A DNA stretch of 32,446 nucleotides from Callorhinchus milii (taxonomy: Eukaryota), in the NCBI RefSeq assembly GCF_018977255.1, contig NW_024705598.1:1-32446 (forward strand), read 5' to 3'. Under the pieces are notes generated by a model. It worked only from the letters and a program-made list of their open reading frames with translations, made no database searches and was not told the origin of the DNA. Within the stretch, counting starts at the first letter, position 1, and every line of letters starts with the position of its first letter. The position numbers and the translations under genes were made by a program. Shown here in pieces: positions 1 to 12,800 of the stretch.

Positions 1-205
1 GCTGTAGTGACCACACGTGTCGAGTGGAACGTTTAGCGTGAGAAATAGTGACCACACGTGTTATTGTGGAAAGACAAGTGTCAATAAAGTGTGCTACCCG
101 TCAAGTGGTTTCCCGCCGTAGTTTACTATACTTCACATAGACTCAACACTACCCATAGACTCAACACGCCGTCATCCGCCCAACCACCCCCCCCCCCCGG
201 CACAG

Positions 206-418
206 ATTTCACAATCTTCTCGAACGAGGATCTCGTACCGTGACGCGCGACGCTTCGTGGCGGACGGCACCGGCTACGAGAGCCGCATCGACACTCAGCG
301 CAGCGACTCCGCGCTGGCGCTGAGCGCGACGGTGGCCGCTGACGAGCGCGACTTCGTCTGCCAGGCGCTGGCGGGCGCGCCGGCGTGGCCGAGGCCACCG
401 CTAGCGTGCGGGTGTTTT
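206..418 (+). CDS. BCAM: BCAM-like exon: C-terminal part of Ig V domain 1
   Basis: cacag|ATT acceptor and TTT T|gtaagc donor (phase 1). Reads ISQSSRTRISYRDARRFVADGTGYESRIDTQRSDSALALSATVAADERDFVCQALAGA, then after a 1-nt frameshift near 380 GVAEATASVRVF. Confidence 0.85.
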
Positions 419-3400
419 GTAAGCGAGCGCACGGGCCACTTGCTACTCCCCTACTTACGGACGTTACAGCAAAGACTCCCCTACTTACGGATGTTGGGAC
501 AGAAACTATACACTACACTATACTCTACTATACACTACACTATACACTACACTATACACTACTATACACAACACTATACACTACTATACACTATTTTTAG
601 GTTTTTTCGGTAAAGTCACGTAGGTAAAACACCAAAATCAATAAAAGTAAAATAAAACAAAAATCACGACGTTTCGGAGGCAACAGAAGTCTCCGCCATC
701 AGGTGGGACCGTCACAGCCAGATTTGCTGCATCAAGTGAGGCAATGATTCAAGATGTAATCCCTTAAAAGCAAGTTGAGGGGGAGGAGAGGGGTGGGGAG
801 CTCATCAGAATGTGGTAGCCAATGAATGGAACGTATCGGGAGGGAGGGGGGGGGCTCAAAGAAGGCACGGAGTGCTACGTAGAACGTATCGTCGTCCATC
901 CTTTTGGCCCGCCCCCCCCCCCCCGAGGCGTTCTACGTAGCACTCCGTGACTTCTTTGAGCCGCCCCCCTCCCTCCCGATACGTTCCATTCATTGGCTAC
1001 CACATTCTGATGAGCTCCCCCCCTCTCCTCCCCCTCAACTTGCATTTAAGGATTACATCTTGAATCATTGCCTCACTTGATGCAGCTGATCTGGCTGTGA
1101 CGGTCCCACCTGATGACGGAGACTTGTGTTGCCTCCGAAACGTCGTGATTTTGTGTTTATTTAACTTTTATTGATTTTGGTGTTTTACCTACGTGACTTT
1201 ACCGAAAAAACCTAAGAATATGAATCCTTGCAGTCACGAAAGCTTCAAATCTAGAATACTATACACTACACTACTAACACTACTATACACTACACTACTA
1301 TACACACTATACACTACTATACACTACACTATACACTACTATACACTACACTATACACTACACTATACACTACACTATACACCACTATACACTACACTAT
1401 ACACTACTACACTACACTATACACTACACTACTATACACTACACTATACACTACACTATACACTACACTACTATACACTACACTATACACTACACTACTA
1501 CACTATACACACTATACACTACACTATACACTATAGATTATACACACTATACACACTATACACTACACACTACACTATACACTATACACTACACTACACT
1601 ATACACACTATACACACTATACATTATACACACTATACACTACACTACACACTACTACACGACGTTTCGGAGTCAAGTTGGACTCGCAAGCAAATGGCCG
1701 ATGACGACCCCGCGACCTTTGACGCGGAGCGCCCCTCCCCCCGTGTCCTCCCCCCCTCCCCCGTGTCCCTCCCCCCCCCCCCTCCCCTCGTCTCCCTCCC
1801 AGCGGCCCCCACGGTGGCCGTGGTGGCGACCCAGATGCCCGTGATGCTCACCCAGCAGCAGCAGCAGCAGCGCCACACAAGGTGAGCAGCCCTCCGCCTA
1901 CGGGGACTTTCGCTATTTCACATTCCTGCTTGTTTCTCCGCTCCCTGCTGCTGCTGCGCTGCCCGTGGTTTTGTTGCTTTAACCGCGCGCGGAAGCGGCC
2001 TCAAATGAGTACCTGGTGCGGTGTGTAAACATCGCCACTGGGAGACAAAGGCGGCCGGCGTGGTGCTGGCCACCACCCCTCGTGTGCCGTGCGGCCTTCA
2101 TAGGTGCTCGCTAACAACACTTGCCCCTACAGTCTGTTAAGGCTACACGGTGGATCTTTGTTTTTGTGTGTTGGTCTGTTTCCCTCTCCTGCAGATCGGT
2201 GAATGTTACGTGCACAACGCTTACCCAGAGCCCTCGTCACGTGGTACAAGGCGTCCCTGCCCCTGTGGCCATCACCTGGTAGGTAGATCTGTTAGTGGAA
2301 TGTGAAGTGTTCTTGAAACGCGTGGACAACGGGGTAAGGCACACGTATTGTATAGTTTAGTGTATAGTCTAGTGTATAGTGTAGTGTATAGTGCAGTGTA
2401 TAGTAGTGTAGTGTATAGTTTAGTGTATAGTGTAGTGTATAGTGTAGTGTATAGTAGTATAGTGTATAGTAGTATAGTGTATAGTGTAGTGTATAGTGTA
2501 GTGTATAGTAGTATAGTGTATAGTGTAGTGCATAGTGTAGTGTATATTAGTGTATAGTGTAGAGTAGTGCGTAGTGTAGTGTATAGTGTAGTGTATAGTG
2601 TAGTGTATAGTGTAGTGTAAACTGCTACGTGGTGCAGAAAGTAAACATCGCCACTGCGGAGACAAAGCCGGCAGGGCGTGGTGCTGGCCACCCACCCCCT
2701 CGTGTGACACTCGCTAACAGCACTTGTCCCAACAGTCTGTTAAGGCCACACGGGGGACCTTTGTCTCTGTGTACGTGCGTGTGCGTGGCCAGACGTGAAA
2801 GTGACGAGGAAGGTAGTGACGGAGGCCCATGGCACCTTCGCCGTGATGTCCGTCCTGCGCTACAGAATGCGGTGGTGGGATGCGAGAGCCGGCTACCGCT
2901 GCGTGGTGGACTACGCCGTGCCGGGCGGCCGGAGCGAGTCCGTCGCCTCGGAGACGATCCACGTGGAAGTGCATTGTGGGTACAGGGGAGGGGGGGGGGC
3001 ACCAGACGGAGCGAAGTACAACAGACGGATGTGTATGACGGGTACCACGACAAGACATGGCTGACGGACCATCTTATTGGGTTAAGGCCAAATGAAACAC
3101 AGAGACGACCCCTACTCGTGAAGATTTGACTCGTGAACGTTCAGAGAGACGCTCAAACCTTTTAGAAAGTCCAGTTGCCTGTTCGGACCGCAATAGATGG
3201 CGGAGGTGGCGTCTGCATCTGCAGAACACGAACAACGAGTGGCATCTACATCTGCAGAACAGCGGCAATTGACGATGATTATGACGGTAAGTGGCATAGT
3301 TATCAATGACGACGACGTAACTGACGATGATTTGCGATGGCGAGTGGCACCGTCTATGCTGGTGGTGGTGGGATGCGTAGATACACCCCGCGGGAGGGTG

Positions 3401-3862
3401 GCCCTCATCCTGGAGTCTCACCGCGAGGCGGCCGTGACGGAGGGCGACACGGTCGTGTTGAGGTGCTATGCTGATGGATTCCCCCTCCCGAGGTTGACTT
3501 CTACCGGGTGAGAAGGCGGCAGCCGCCGTCGTCGATGACGACGATGATGATGATGACGATGATGATGATGATGACGATGATGACGACGACGACGATGATG
3601 ATGATGACGATGATGATGATGACGATGACGACGACGATGATGATGATGACGATGATGATGATGATGACGAGACGACGATGATGTTGATGATGACGATGAT
3701 GACGATGATGATGATGACGACGATGATGATGACGACGACGACGATGCAGATGATGATGTGACGGCGATGATGATGACGATGATGACGACGACGACGGCGA
3801 TGATGATGATGACGATGACGACGATGACGACGACGACGATGATGATGACGATGATGATGATG

Positions 3863-3893
<31 letters not shown>

Positions 3894-6800
3894 CGATGAT
3901 GATGATGACGATGATGGTGACGATGATGACGACGACAACGATGCAGACGACGACTGCTGAGCGTGAGCGTTGTCGCCGCTGTGGGCCGCTGCTGCAGCTC
4001 GTGGCAGCGTGAGACGGAGTGTGGGGGCAGTCACAGGGGCAGTCACAGGGCCAGTCACAGGGCAGCCTCCCGCTCTCGGTTGGGGGCAGTGGAACGAGGC
4101 TCACAACGACGACGCCGCGGGAGACATTTTTTTTCGCCTCCCCCCAAGGAGGCCGTTGAAGTTTGTTTGCCGCCTCCTCTGCCGTCCCCGCCGTCCCCCG
4201 GCTCATCAGAGCTCCCCGACGCGGGTGGACTACGGCCACGCGGCTGCGGGGGACACGCTCACCCTGCCCGCCGTCACCCGCGGCCACAGCGGCACCTACG
4301 GCTGTCGCGTCCGTAGCGGCGGCGGGGCCCGTGGCCCTCTCAGCAGCAGCGTCGATCTCCTGGTGCACTGTGAGCGGCGGGGGGGGGGGGTGACGGGGAG
4401 GAGGGAGGGAGGGAGGGAGAGAGGGAGGGAGGGGGAGGGAGGAGAGAGGGAGGGAGAGGAGGGGGAGGGAGGGGGAGGGAGGGAGGGGGAGGGAGGGGGA
4501 GGGAGGGAGGGAGAGAGCTGCGTTCACCCAGAGCTCCGGCCTTTACCTCTAAGAACTTTATTTTCTCACACTTTTTTTGGGATTTCTTTTCACCAACAGT
4601 AAGTGTCTTGCTTTATACACATTTGTGATCAGTTTGTTTGTTTATTTAGACTTCCTTTATCTTCCTTTCTTTGTTCTTTTCTGTTGTTTTCACTGTTCAG
4701 GGCGCGGCTGCGCTCACTGCAGTGGAAAGGTGTGTTTGTTTTCTCAGCACAATCCTCCACTTTTATTTAGATAGTTGATTTCATAATTACGCTTTTCTTT
4801 GTTCATTTCGATCTTGAGTTTTGTTCCTAAATCTTTGAGTTTTGTGATTTTTTTGTGTTTTTTTTTCCGTCCCTTTTCTGGTGGTCCCACGTGAACACAC
4901 CCGTGTTCGCACTGTACACACCGCGTTGGGGTGAGACAGGCATCCCCTTTAGACCCTCTTGTTTTGTGCTGCGAGCGTGTTTACTTATTTATTTTTTGGT
5001 GTGCTTTTTTCGACGTTTTCGTTTTTTTCCTCTTGTAAAATGACGAGGACTTATAATGTTTACCCTCTCCAGGGGAGCTTTGGGTGGATAGCAGTAATAG
5101 TAATAGCGAAGGTGGTCAATAACACAGGATGACCATCTTTATATCATTATTTTTTTTATTTTTGGTTATTTTTTTCCTGCTTTAAAATAGAGGGTTGCTT
5201 TGTAGTGTGTGTGACATCTCCACACGTGAAAATGTCCACCCGACCCGTAACAACGTACGCGAAAGCTACCGCGCCTACGCAAGGCCCGTCTCTGGGGCTG
5301 CAAGGCGCCCGCAGCAGCAGCAGCTGGAGCCTCCACGGAGGCTGGATCTGCTGCCCGGCTTTCACATTCCGATCGAAGTTACGTGGATGCGCTGCGCGCC
5401 ATCGTGCCTGGAGGCTCGAATAAGGTACGCCTCCAAGTGAGCGGAAGGTGGTTTTTTCATGGAGTCTGAAAAGGTGGCAACGCCGCCATGGAGAAGGGGC
5501 TGACGGTTGCGATTGGCACCTCACCTTGGAGCCATGTCTCACCATCGGTCGCGTATCGTATCCAACGTCCCCCCCCTACATTCCGATAAAGACATCCAAA
5601 ACGTAGTTGGGCACCTGATCAACCTCAGCGTGTGCCTTTGGGCTCAAAAATCCTGCCTTGAGGCATGTCTTGTCTTTTAGAAGGCAGGTCTACATGCTGG
5701 TGCCCATGGGCAGCTTGAGAGGGCTCCTTTGTGGTCATGAATGGAGAAGGGCCCATAGGCTGTTTTACTGCAGGGACGTGCTAAAATGCAACCTATGCAA
5801 AGCAGAGCATGTTAAAAAACACTGCCCAAGACAGCAAATGCCCAATCTAACAGCGAGGAACGGTGGAAAAGGGTGATAAAGAAGCACACCCAACAATGAC
5901 TCAGGAGAGGGTCCCTCACCACGGAGATCACGCGAGATGGCAGTAGACCCGCTCCAACCCAGCTACTGCATGGAGACCGAGGCTCAGCCAGCCACCCAGC
6001 CATCATTGACAGCCGGACCTCTGAAGAGGAAATTTACGGAGGATTCGCTTCATTATCTCCAGAGACCAGTGGGGATGAGGTCAGTCCCTTTAAAGATCTC
6101 CCAGAGTTGGAGTCGGACATCGCACCGACGCCTGGGGGAGATCGGAGAGCACTGGTGGCAAAGACGGGTCTTCACCATCCCAGATGCCCCTAGAGTGGGA
6201 CACGCACAGGGAAGAAGCCCCGTGCAGGAACCAAGCTCAAGCGCAGGACGCCTGAGAAAATCTGGAGCCTGAAATGGAAGCGGGGAAACGCAATCTGCGA
6301 AGTGGCAAGGAAACAAGTGAAGAGGGTCGCACTTCAGACCTTGACGACGCGCCCAGCGAGGGGCCGAGGGCTCCCAGGAAACCGAGCAGCCAAGAGCACG
6401 GAGGAGCCCAACAGGACCCACTGACCAAACTGGGGGGTGACCAAGACGAGGACGAAGGAAGGCCGTCAATGGAGGGGCAAGCGGCATCACCCGATAAAGC
6501 ATGACGGAGGATACCACGGCGACTGAAATCCTCAAAGCCTGGGGCTGAGGGGGAAGCCAAGAAGAGGAGTTGGAAGAACCCTCAGCACAGGAAGTGGGGT
6601 GAGCCTGACATCTGCTGAGCTGACTGAAGGGGCACCAATATTCTCACAGTCGGAGCTATGGAACTTTTAGATGAAGTGCATGGCTCAGAAGAAAGAGTGA
6701 CTGCAGCTCTGTCAAGGTGGCGAAATGTGGAGGCAATAATAACCTCCCTACTCCATGTGATCGGGCTTCAAAAGACAGGGAAAGTCTTCACTGGAAAGGA

Positions 6801-9800
6801 AAGGAAAAGGATCAGGTACTTTCCTGGCCAAATAACTACGTGGAAAGAAAACACACCTGGCGACAACTCCACTGACACGTAATGCTGCGGATAGCGGCAA
6901 TTAATATAAATGGGTGTAGAGGTCACTCAAGAGACACTTTGTGCTGTCTCTCGCAAAAGAACACAAAGCTCGGTGCTCTTTGTGCAGGAGACGCATCTTA
7001 CAGCCAGCGAGGAAATGAATGGGAAACAGAATGGAAAGGTGATTTGTTTTTCAGTCACCTTACTCATTATTCTTCAGGAGTGGCAACGCTATTTGCACCG
7101 GGGTTTACACCCACCATAGTTAACCAAGTTGAGGTGGTACCGGGAAGAGCCCTCGACGTAACGATCAAACTTAATGACATTTCTGCCCACCTCATAAACA
7201 TCTATACACCCATCAAAGATGCGGAAAAACTGAATTTTTTCAATGAGTTACAGGACTATCTCAAAACATCCAAATGACGAGTGTCTGATTTTGGGAGGAG
7301 ATTCAACTGTACACTCGATGTCCTCGACCCACTGGCACCGAGCAGTGCAAAAGCGGTGTCCTGAACACCTTGCGGCAGTGCTCCCACGTACAGTCTCGTA
7401 ATGTGTGGCGGACGCAACATCCAAAGCAGCAAGGTTTCACCTTTACAAGAACCCGAGCTGACAGAACACTGTCGCAGTCAAGGATGACCGTTTTTACATC
7501 TCAAAAGACCTTGAAATAGGCAGTGTCGTCCAGTATTCAGGCGCACCACTGGCCGATCATTCCAATACTACTTAATGAAAATACGAGGAGTCCCAAGGGG
7601 ATCGGCATACTGGCATTTCAATAATGCCTTTTGCAAGACACCACCTTCAGATCTTTTTGGGTCTTCTGGGTGATTGGCAGGGAAAGAAAGACGGTTTATA
7701 CCTAGCAAATGGTGGGACATAGGGAAAGTACACATAAAAAACTGTGTCAGTGTATGCCTGGGGAAACACAAAAATATGACCAAGAAATTTGTGAGCTGAG
7801 AACAGGGTCATATTTAGAGCAAAGGCGAAGATTGGGACGATCTAGGCCTCTCAGGAATATGTGGAGACCCTAGAATGTCTAAAAGGTTGCAGAAAGAAAA
7901 GGCAAAAGGGCATTTTACGCTCTCGTTTTAAAGATACCCTCGATATGGACTCAAGCTCGACACTTTCTTCTCTTAGGGAAGCAGAATGGTAGACTAAAGC
8001 ATGGAGCATTTATTTGATGACAAGGGGTCCTTTTTCAAACAATAATCAAATAGCTTCAACATAGCAAAGTACTATGAAATCTCTTTTCTCCAGAGCACAT
8101 ATCCACAGTGGCCCAGAATGAAATCTGGAAGGACCTGCCTACTTTGGGTGAAGAGGACAGGACCTTCTGAAGAAGAGTCAACAAAGCGACCTGGACATGG
8201 CAGTGAGTGCCCTGGCCAGGAACAAATCCCCAGGGATTGATGGGCTGACGGGGGAGTTTATCACCATTTTTGGCACTCCATATAAAGACTACAAAGCGTT
8301 CTAGATGAAGCAGTGGAGACCAACGTGATGCCTCAGTCCTGGAGGAGAGCCGTGCTCACACTGATTCCAAAAAAGGGCGACCTCAGCACCTCAAAAATTG
8401 GCGTCCAGTCTCAGTGCTGAGCACAGACTATAAGATTCTCGCGAAAGCTGCATCGGCAAGGCTTAAGAGGGTGTTGGCTAGGTTATCGCCGATGACCAGG
8501 CATACACTGTTCCAGGGAGGACCATCCATGATGGGATTTTCCTGGTCAGAGATTTGATCAGTCTGTCGGAGCATTGAACTTTCCACTTGCCTTTCTCTCC
8601 CTTGATCAAGAGAAAGCCTTTGACAGGGTTGATCACCAGTATCTTCTTGGCACTCTAAAGTTTTTGGTTTTGGGACTCGCTTCATAGGATTAATTAGTTG
8701 CTGTACAACATGCCCAGTGTCTGGTTAAAGTCAATGGTGGACTAATTGCTCCTATAGATTTCAGAAGAGGTATCAGGCAAGGCTGTCCTATGTCAGGACA
8801 GCTCTACACCCTCGTCGTGGAGCCTTTTCTGCATCTACTCCGACGCCGACTCACCGGATTGACTCTAAAGAGCCCAGTATGAGAGTGACCCTCACAGCGT
8901 ATGCCGATGACATTCTCCTCTTTTACTAAGTTTTGACGACATCGAACGGCTGCACGAGTGCCAAGAGTTTACTCCCGTGCGTCCTCCTCCAGGATGAACT
9001 GGGAGAAGTGCAGTGGGCTGCTTGTTGGGAAGTGGGACGAAGCCCAGTTCCCTGAGTTGGCCAAAACAATAACGTGGAGCAAAGAGCGTCTTCACCATCT
9101 CGGCGTGCTCCTGGGACCTGGAGAAAACCACTGCAGGAAAATTGGGATTTCTTGGAAGAGAAGGTGAGGAAACGACTGGAGCCTTGGGGGCGCCTGCGCA
9201 AATCTCTCACGTTCAGAGGAAAACCCTGGTGTAAACCAGTTGGTTGCATCCACCTTGTGGCACCGCTTCTTTTCCCTCACTCCACCCGCATACCTGATAG
9301 CAAACTTCAGAGACTGATAGCTGCCTTCTTCTGGTCACAAGGAAGCACCGTGTGGCTGCTGGCATCTTGGCCTTGCCACTGCGGGAGGCGGGCAAGGTCT
9401 GTGTGTGTACAGAGCCAACTTTCTACTTTCGTTACAAGCCGTACAGAGGTTCTCTACACAGCCCCATCACCCATGTGGTGTTCCACAGCATCTTTTTTTC
9501 TAAAATTCGGGGCTTCAGTGCAGCAAGCAGCTTTCTTTATGGACATTAAAGGTATTCCACTCGCACAGATTCCCCACTTCTACAGGAGTTCCTACATACT
9601 TGGGGTTTCCTCGTCACCGCCCGACTGAATACACCCCGGTCAGCATAGAATTCGCTCACGAGCCGTGTTACGAACCCAACATGACACTACCCTCTCTTGT
9701 GGGCCCTGCCATGGAAACCGCATGGTAGACGCACGTCTCACGAGGGTGGGCGATTTGGTGAGACCAGGCACGAGGGGCAGTGGCTTCTCCCTACCGAGAT

Positions 9801-12800
9801 CGCTGCGATGCCGAAATGCACTCGGTGAGACTCGCCCAAAACTTGTGAATGGGGTACGAAGGTCTTTCTCAACAGCAGTGGGGAGCGCGCCTGCCGTGAG
9901 TGTTGGTGACGAGTCGCCGGCAGTGGCCCAGTGTCACCAAAACTGACCGTCGTCCCAGCACGGGAGCACACTCACCTCTCTTCCTCACAGCAGCACGGGG
10001 GGCACACCTCGGGGAATGACCAGGAGGGGTGCTTCTCGGTGTAAACCGGAAAAAGCTGTACGGCCCAAATGGTCGATTTCCACCACCGACAAATAATAAC
10101 ATCGCGTAAAGGCTACGCCTGGAGGACACCATGCCCTGCAGTGATCGTTGAGGCCTCATTGGGAGCTGTTTTACTCAATCCATCATACAAGCGCCATGGT
10201 GATCTTAGCTGGAGCATTGCCCATGGGACTGTGACCACGAACACATTTTGGCACTTTTCACAGACACAAATCCTGAATGCGGATTCTGTGGTGAGCTCGA
10301 AACAGTGGCGCATCAATACATACACTGCAAAAGCCTGGAATCACTCTATAAGCTGTTACGCAATATTCTACTGAAATTCAATCTTCATTTCTCCCCACAA
10401 TTCTTATTTTTGGATATAGGGGGAACGAGGGTACCAAAATATAGAGGGGTTGACAAATTTCATCCTGAACAACGCCAAACTGGCCATCTATAGGGCCAGG
10501 AAATGCGCAATCGAAGGGAGCGGCTTCCCCAGCCACTGCCGCATCTTAAGGCCCTGTTTTCTGCAGAATTTGGCTGGAATTTCGGTACGCCTCAGTTGAC
10601 GGGGGGTGTCGCATCTTTCTCGACGCGTTGGGACTACCGAGGGTGCTTTGTGTACTGTGACTAAAGCAGGGGATCTGGTGATGGGTTTTTGAGGGTGATT
10701 TTTTTTTGTTGGTGTCTATGGACACAGTAACACACAATGGGACTAATGATTTAAAAAAGGGGGCACATAAGCAAACAAAAAAATACCAAAAAAAAACGAC
10801 ATGATGAACGAAGCAAAGTGCCGAAAACCGAGCATCTTTCTCGTCTGATCGTTAAAAAAGGGGGAAGGGAGGAGGGAGGGGAGGGAGTGGAGGGTCAAGA
10901 GGGAGGGAGGGGGAGAGACGCGTTCACCCAGGGCTCCGGCCTTTACCTCTAAAAACTTTATTTTTCTCACCCTTTTTTCGGGGATTTCTTTTCACCAACA
11001 GTAAGTGTCTTGCTTTATACACATTTGTGATCAGTTTGTTTGTTAATTTAGTCTTCCTTTCTCTTTCTTCTTTGTTCTTTTCTGTTGTTTTTCACTGTTC
11101 AGTGCGCGGCTGCGCTCACTGCAGTGTAAAGGTGTGTTTGTTTTTTTCCGCACAATCCTCACTTTTATTTTGATAGTTGATTTCATAATCACGCTTTTCT
11201 TTGCTTTCTTTTCGATCTTGAGTTCCTTAGTAATCTTTGAGTTTTGTGATTCTTTTTCGTGTTTTTCGTGTCTTTTTCGTTCCTTTGTCTGGTGTGCTCC
11301 CACGTGTTTCACACCCGTGTTCGCACTGTACCACACCGGCCGGTGTGGGTGCAGGGCAGACATCCCCTTTAGAATCCCCTCTTGTTTATTGCTGCGAGCC
11401 GTGTTTACATTATTTTATTTTTATTGGTGTTCCTTTTTTTTTCTACGTTTTCGTTTTTTTTCCTCCTCTTGTAAAAAAAAAACCAAGGACTTAAAATAAT
11501 TGTACTCTCTCCAGGGGAGCTTTGGGTGGGCAGCAGTAACAATAATTAGCAGAAGGTGGTCATAACACAGATTTGACCATCTTTATATACATTTTTTTGT
11601 TACGTTTCTTGTTTTTTTTTTTGGTGAGCGGAAGAGTGGTTTTCTCATGGAATCTGAAAAGGTGGCAAATGCCGCCATGGAGAAGGGGCTGACGGTTGGC
11701 GATTGGCACCTTACCTTGGAGCCAATGTCATCACCTCGGTACGCGTGATCGTATCCAACGTCCCCCTACATTCCCGATAAAGACATCCAAGATCACCTGG
11801 CTAAGTTGGGCACGCTGACTTCCAACCTTCAGCGTGTGCCTCTGGGCCTCAAAAATCCTGCTGAGGCATGTCTTGTCTTTTAGTAGGCAGGTCTACATGC
11901 TGGTGCCCAATGGGCAGCTTGAAGAGGGCTCCTTTGTGGTCATGAATGGAGGAAGGGCCCATAGGCTGTTTTACTGCAAGGACGTGCTAAAATGCAACCT
12001 TTGCAAAGCTGATGGGCATGTTAAAAACACTGCCCGATGACAGCAAATGCCCAATCTAACAGCGAGACAATGGTGGAAAAGTGACTCAGGAGAGGGTCCC
12101 TCACCACGGAGATCACACGAGGTAGCGGTAGACCCCGCTCCAACCCCAGCTACTGCCATGGAGACCGAGGCTCAGCCAGCCACCCAGCCGTCATCGACAG
12201 CCGGACCTCTGAAGAGGAAATTTACGGAGGACTCGGCTTCATTATCTCCAGAGACCAGTGAGGATGAGGTCAGTCCCTTTAAAGATCTCCCAATATTGGA
12301 GTCGAACATCGCACCGACGCCTGAGGGAGATGCGGAGAGCACTGGTGGCAAGGACGAGGTCTTCTCCATCCCAGATGCCCCTAGAAGTGGGACACGCAGA
12401 GGGAAGAAGCCCCGTGCAGGAACCAAGCTCAAGCGCAAGACGCCTGATGAAAATCTGGAGCCTGAGATGGAAGCGGGGGAAACCGCAATCTGCGAAGTGG
12501 CGAAGAACACAAGTGAAGAGGGTCGCACTTCAGACCTCGACGACGTGCCCAGCGAGGGGGCCGAGGGCTCCCAGGAAACGCGAGCAGCCAAGAACACGGA
12601 GGAGCCCACACAGGACCTCACTGACCAAACAGTGGGTGACCAAGACAAGGACGAAGGAAGGCCGTCAATTGAGGGGCAAGCGGCATCGCCCGATAAAACA
12701 TTGACGGAGGATACCACGGCGACTGAAAATCCTCAAAGCCTGGGGGCTGAAGGGGGAAGCCAAGAAGAGGAGTTGGAAGAAACCCTCAGCACAGGAAGTG

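Larger units (their letters stand above)
592..1256. mobile_element. Penelope-like element pseudo-LTR inverted pair (subfamily A)
   Basis: ~295-bp inverted arms 592-886 and 929-1220 with a 42-bp spacer; each arm has a hammerhead motif. Tail TGAATCC.TGCAGTCACGAAAGCTT is shared with copies at ~14.9 kb and 30.5-30.9 kb. No ORF is present, so the PLE assignment rests on hammerhead type and architecture. Confidence 0.75.
4520..10859 (+). mobile_element. Full-length Tx1-clade (L1 superfamily) non-LTR retrotransposon, copy 1
   Basis: T-rich 5' UTR, ORF1 with zinc knuckle, ORF2 with APE endonuclease and RT, 3' UTR and A-tail at 10854-10859. The 5' end is defined by identity with copy 2 (gcgttcaccca). 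Confidence 0.92.

Noticed and set aside
444..491. 17-bp direct repeat actcccctacttacgga (and similar short repeats at 6-61, 3206-3261 and 4024-4062)
   Set aside because: Ordinary local slippage duplications with no further structure.
2287..2326. Possible extra hammerhead (ctgttag...ttgaaacgcgtgg)
   Set aside because: Core deviates from CUGANGA and lacks an NUH cleavage triplet; at best a decayed relic.
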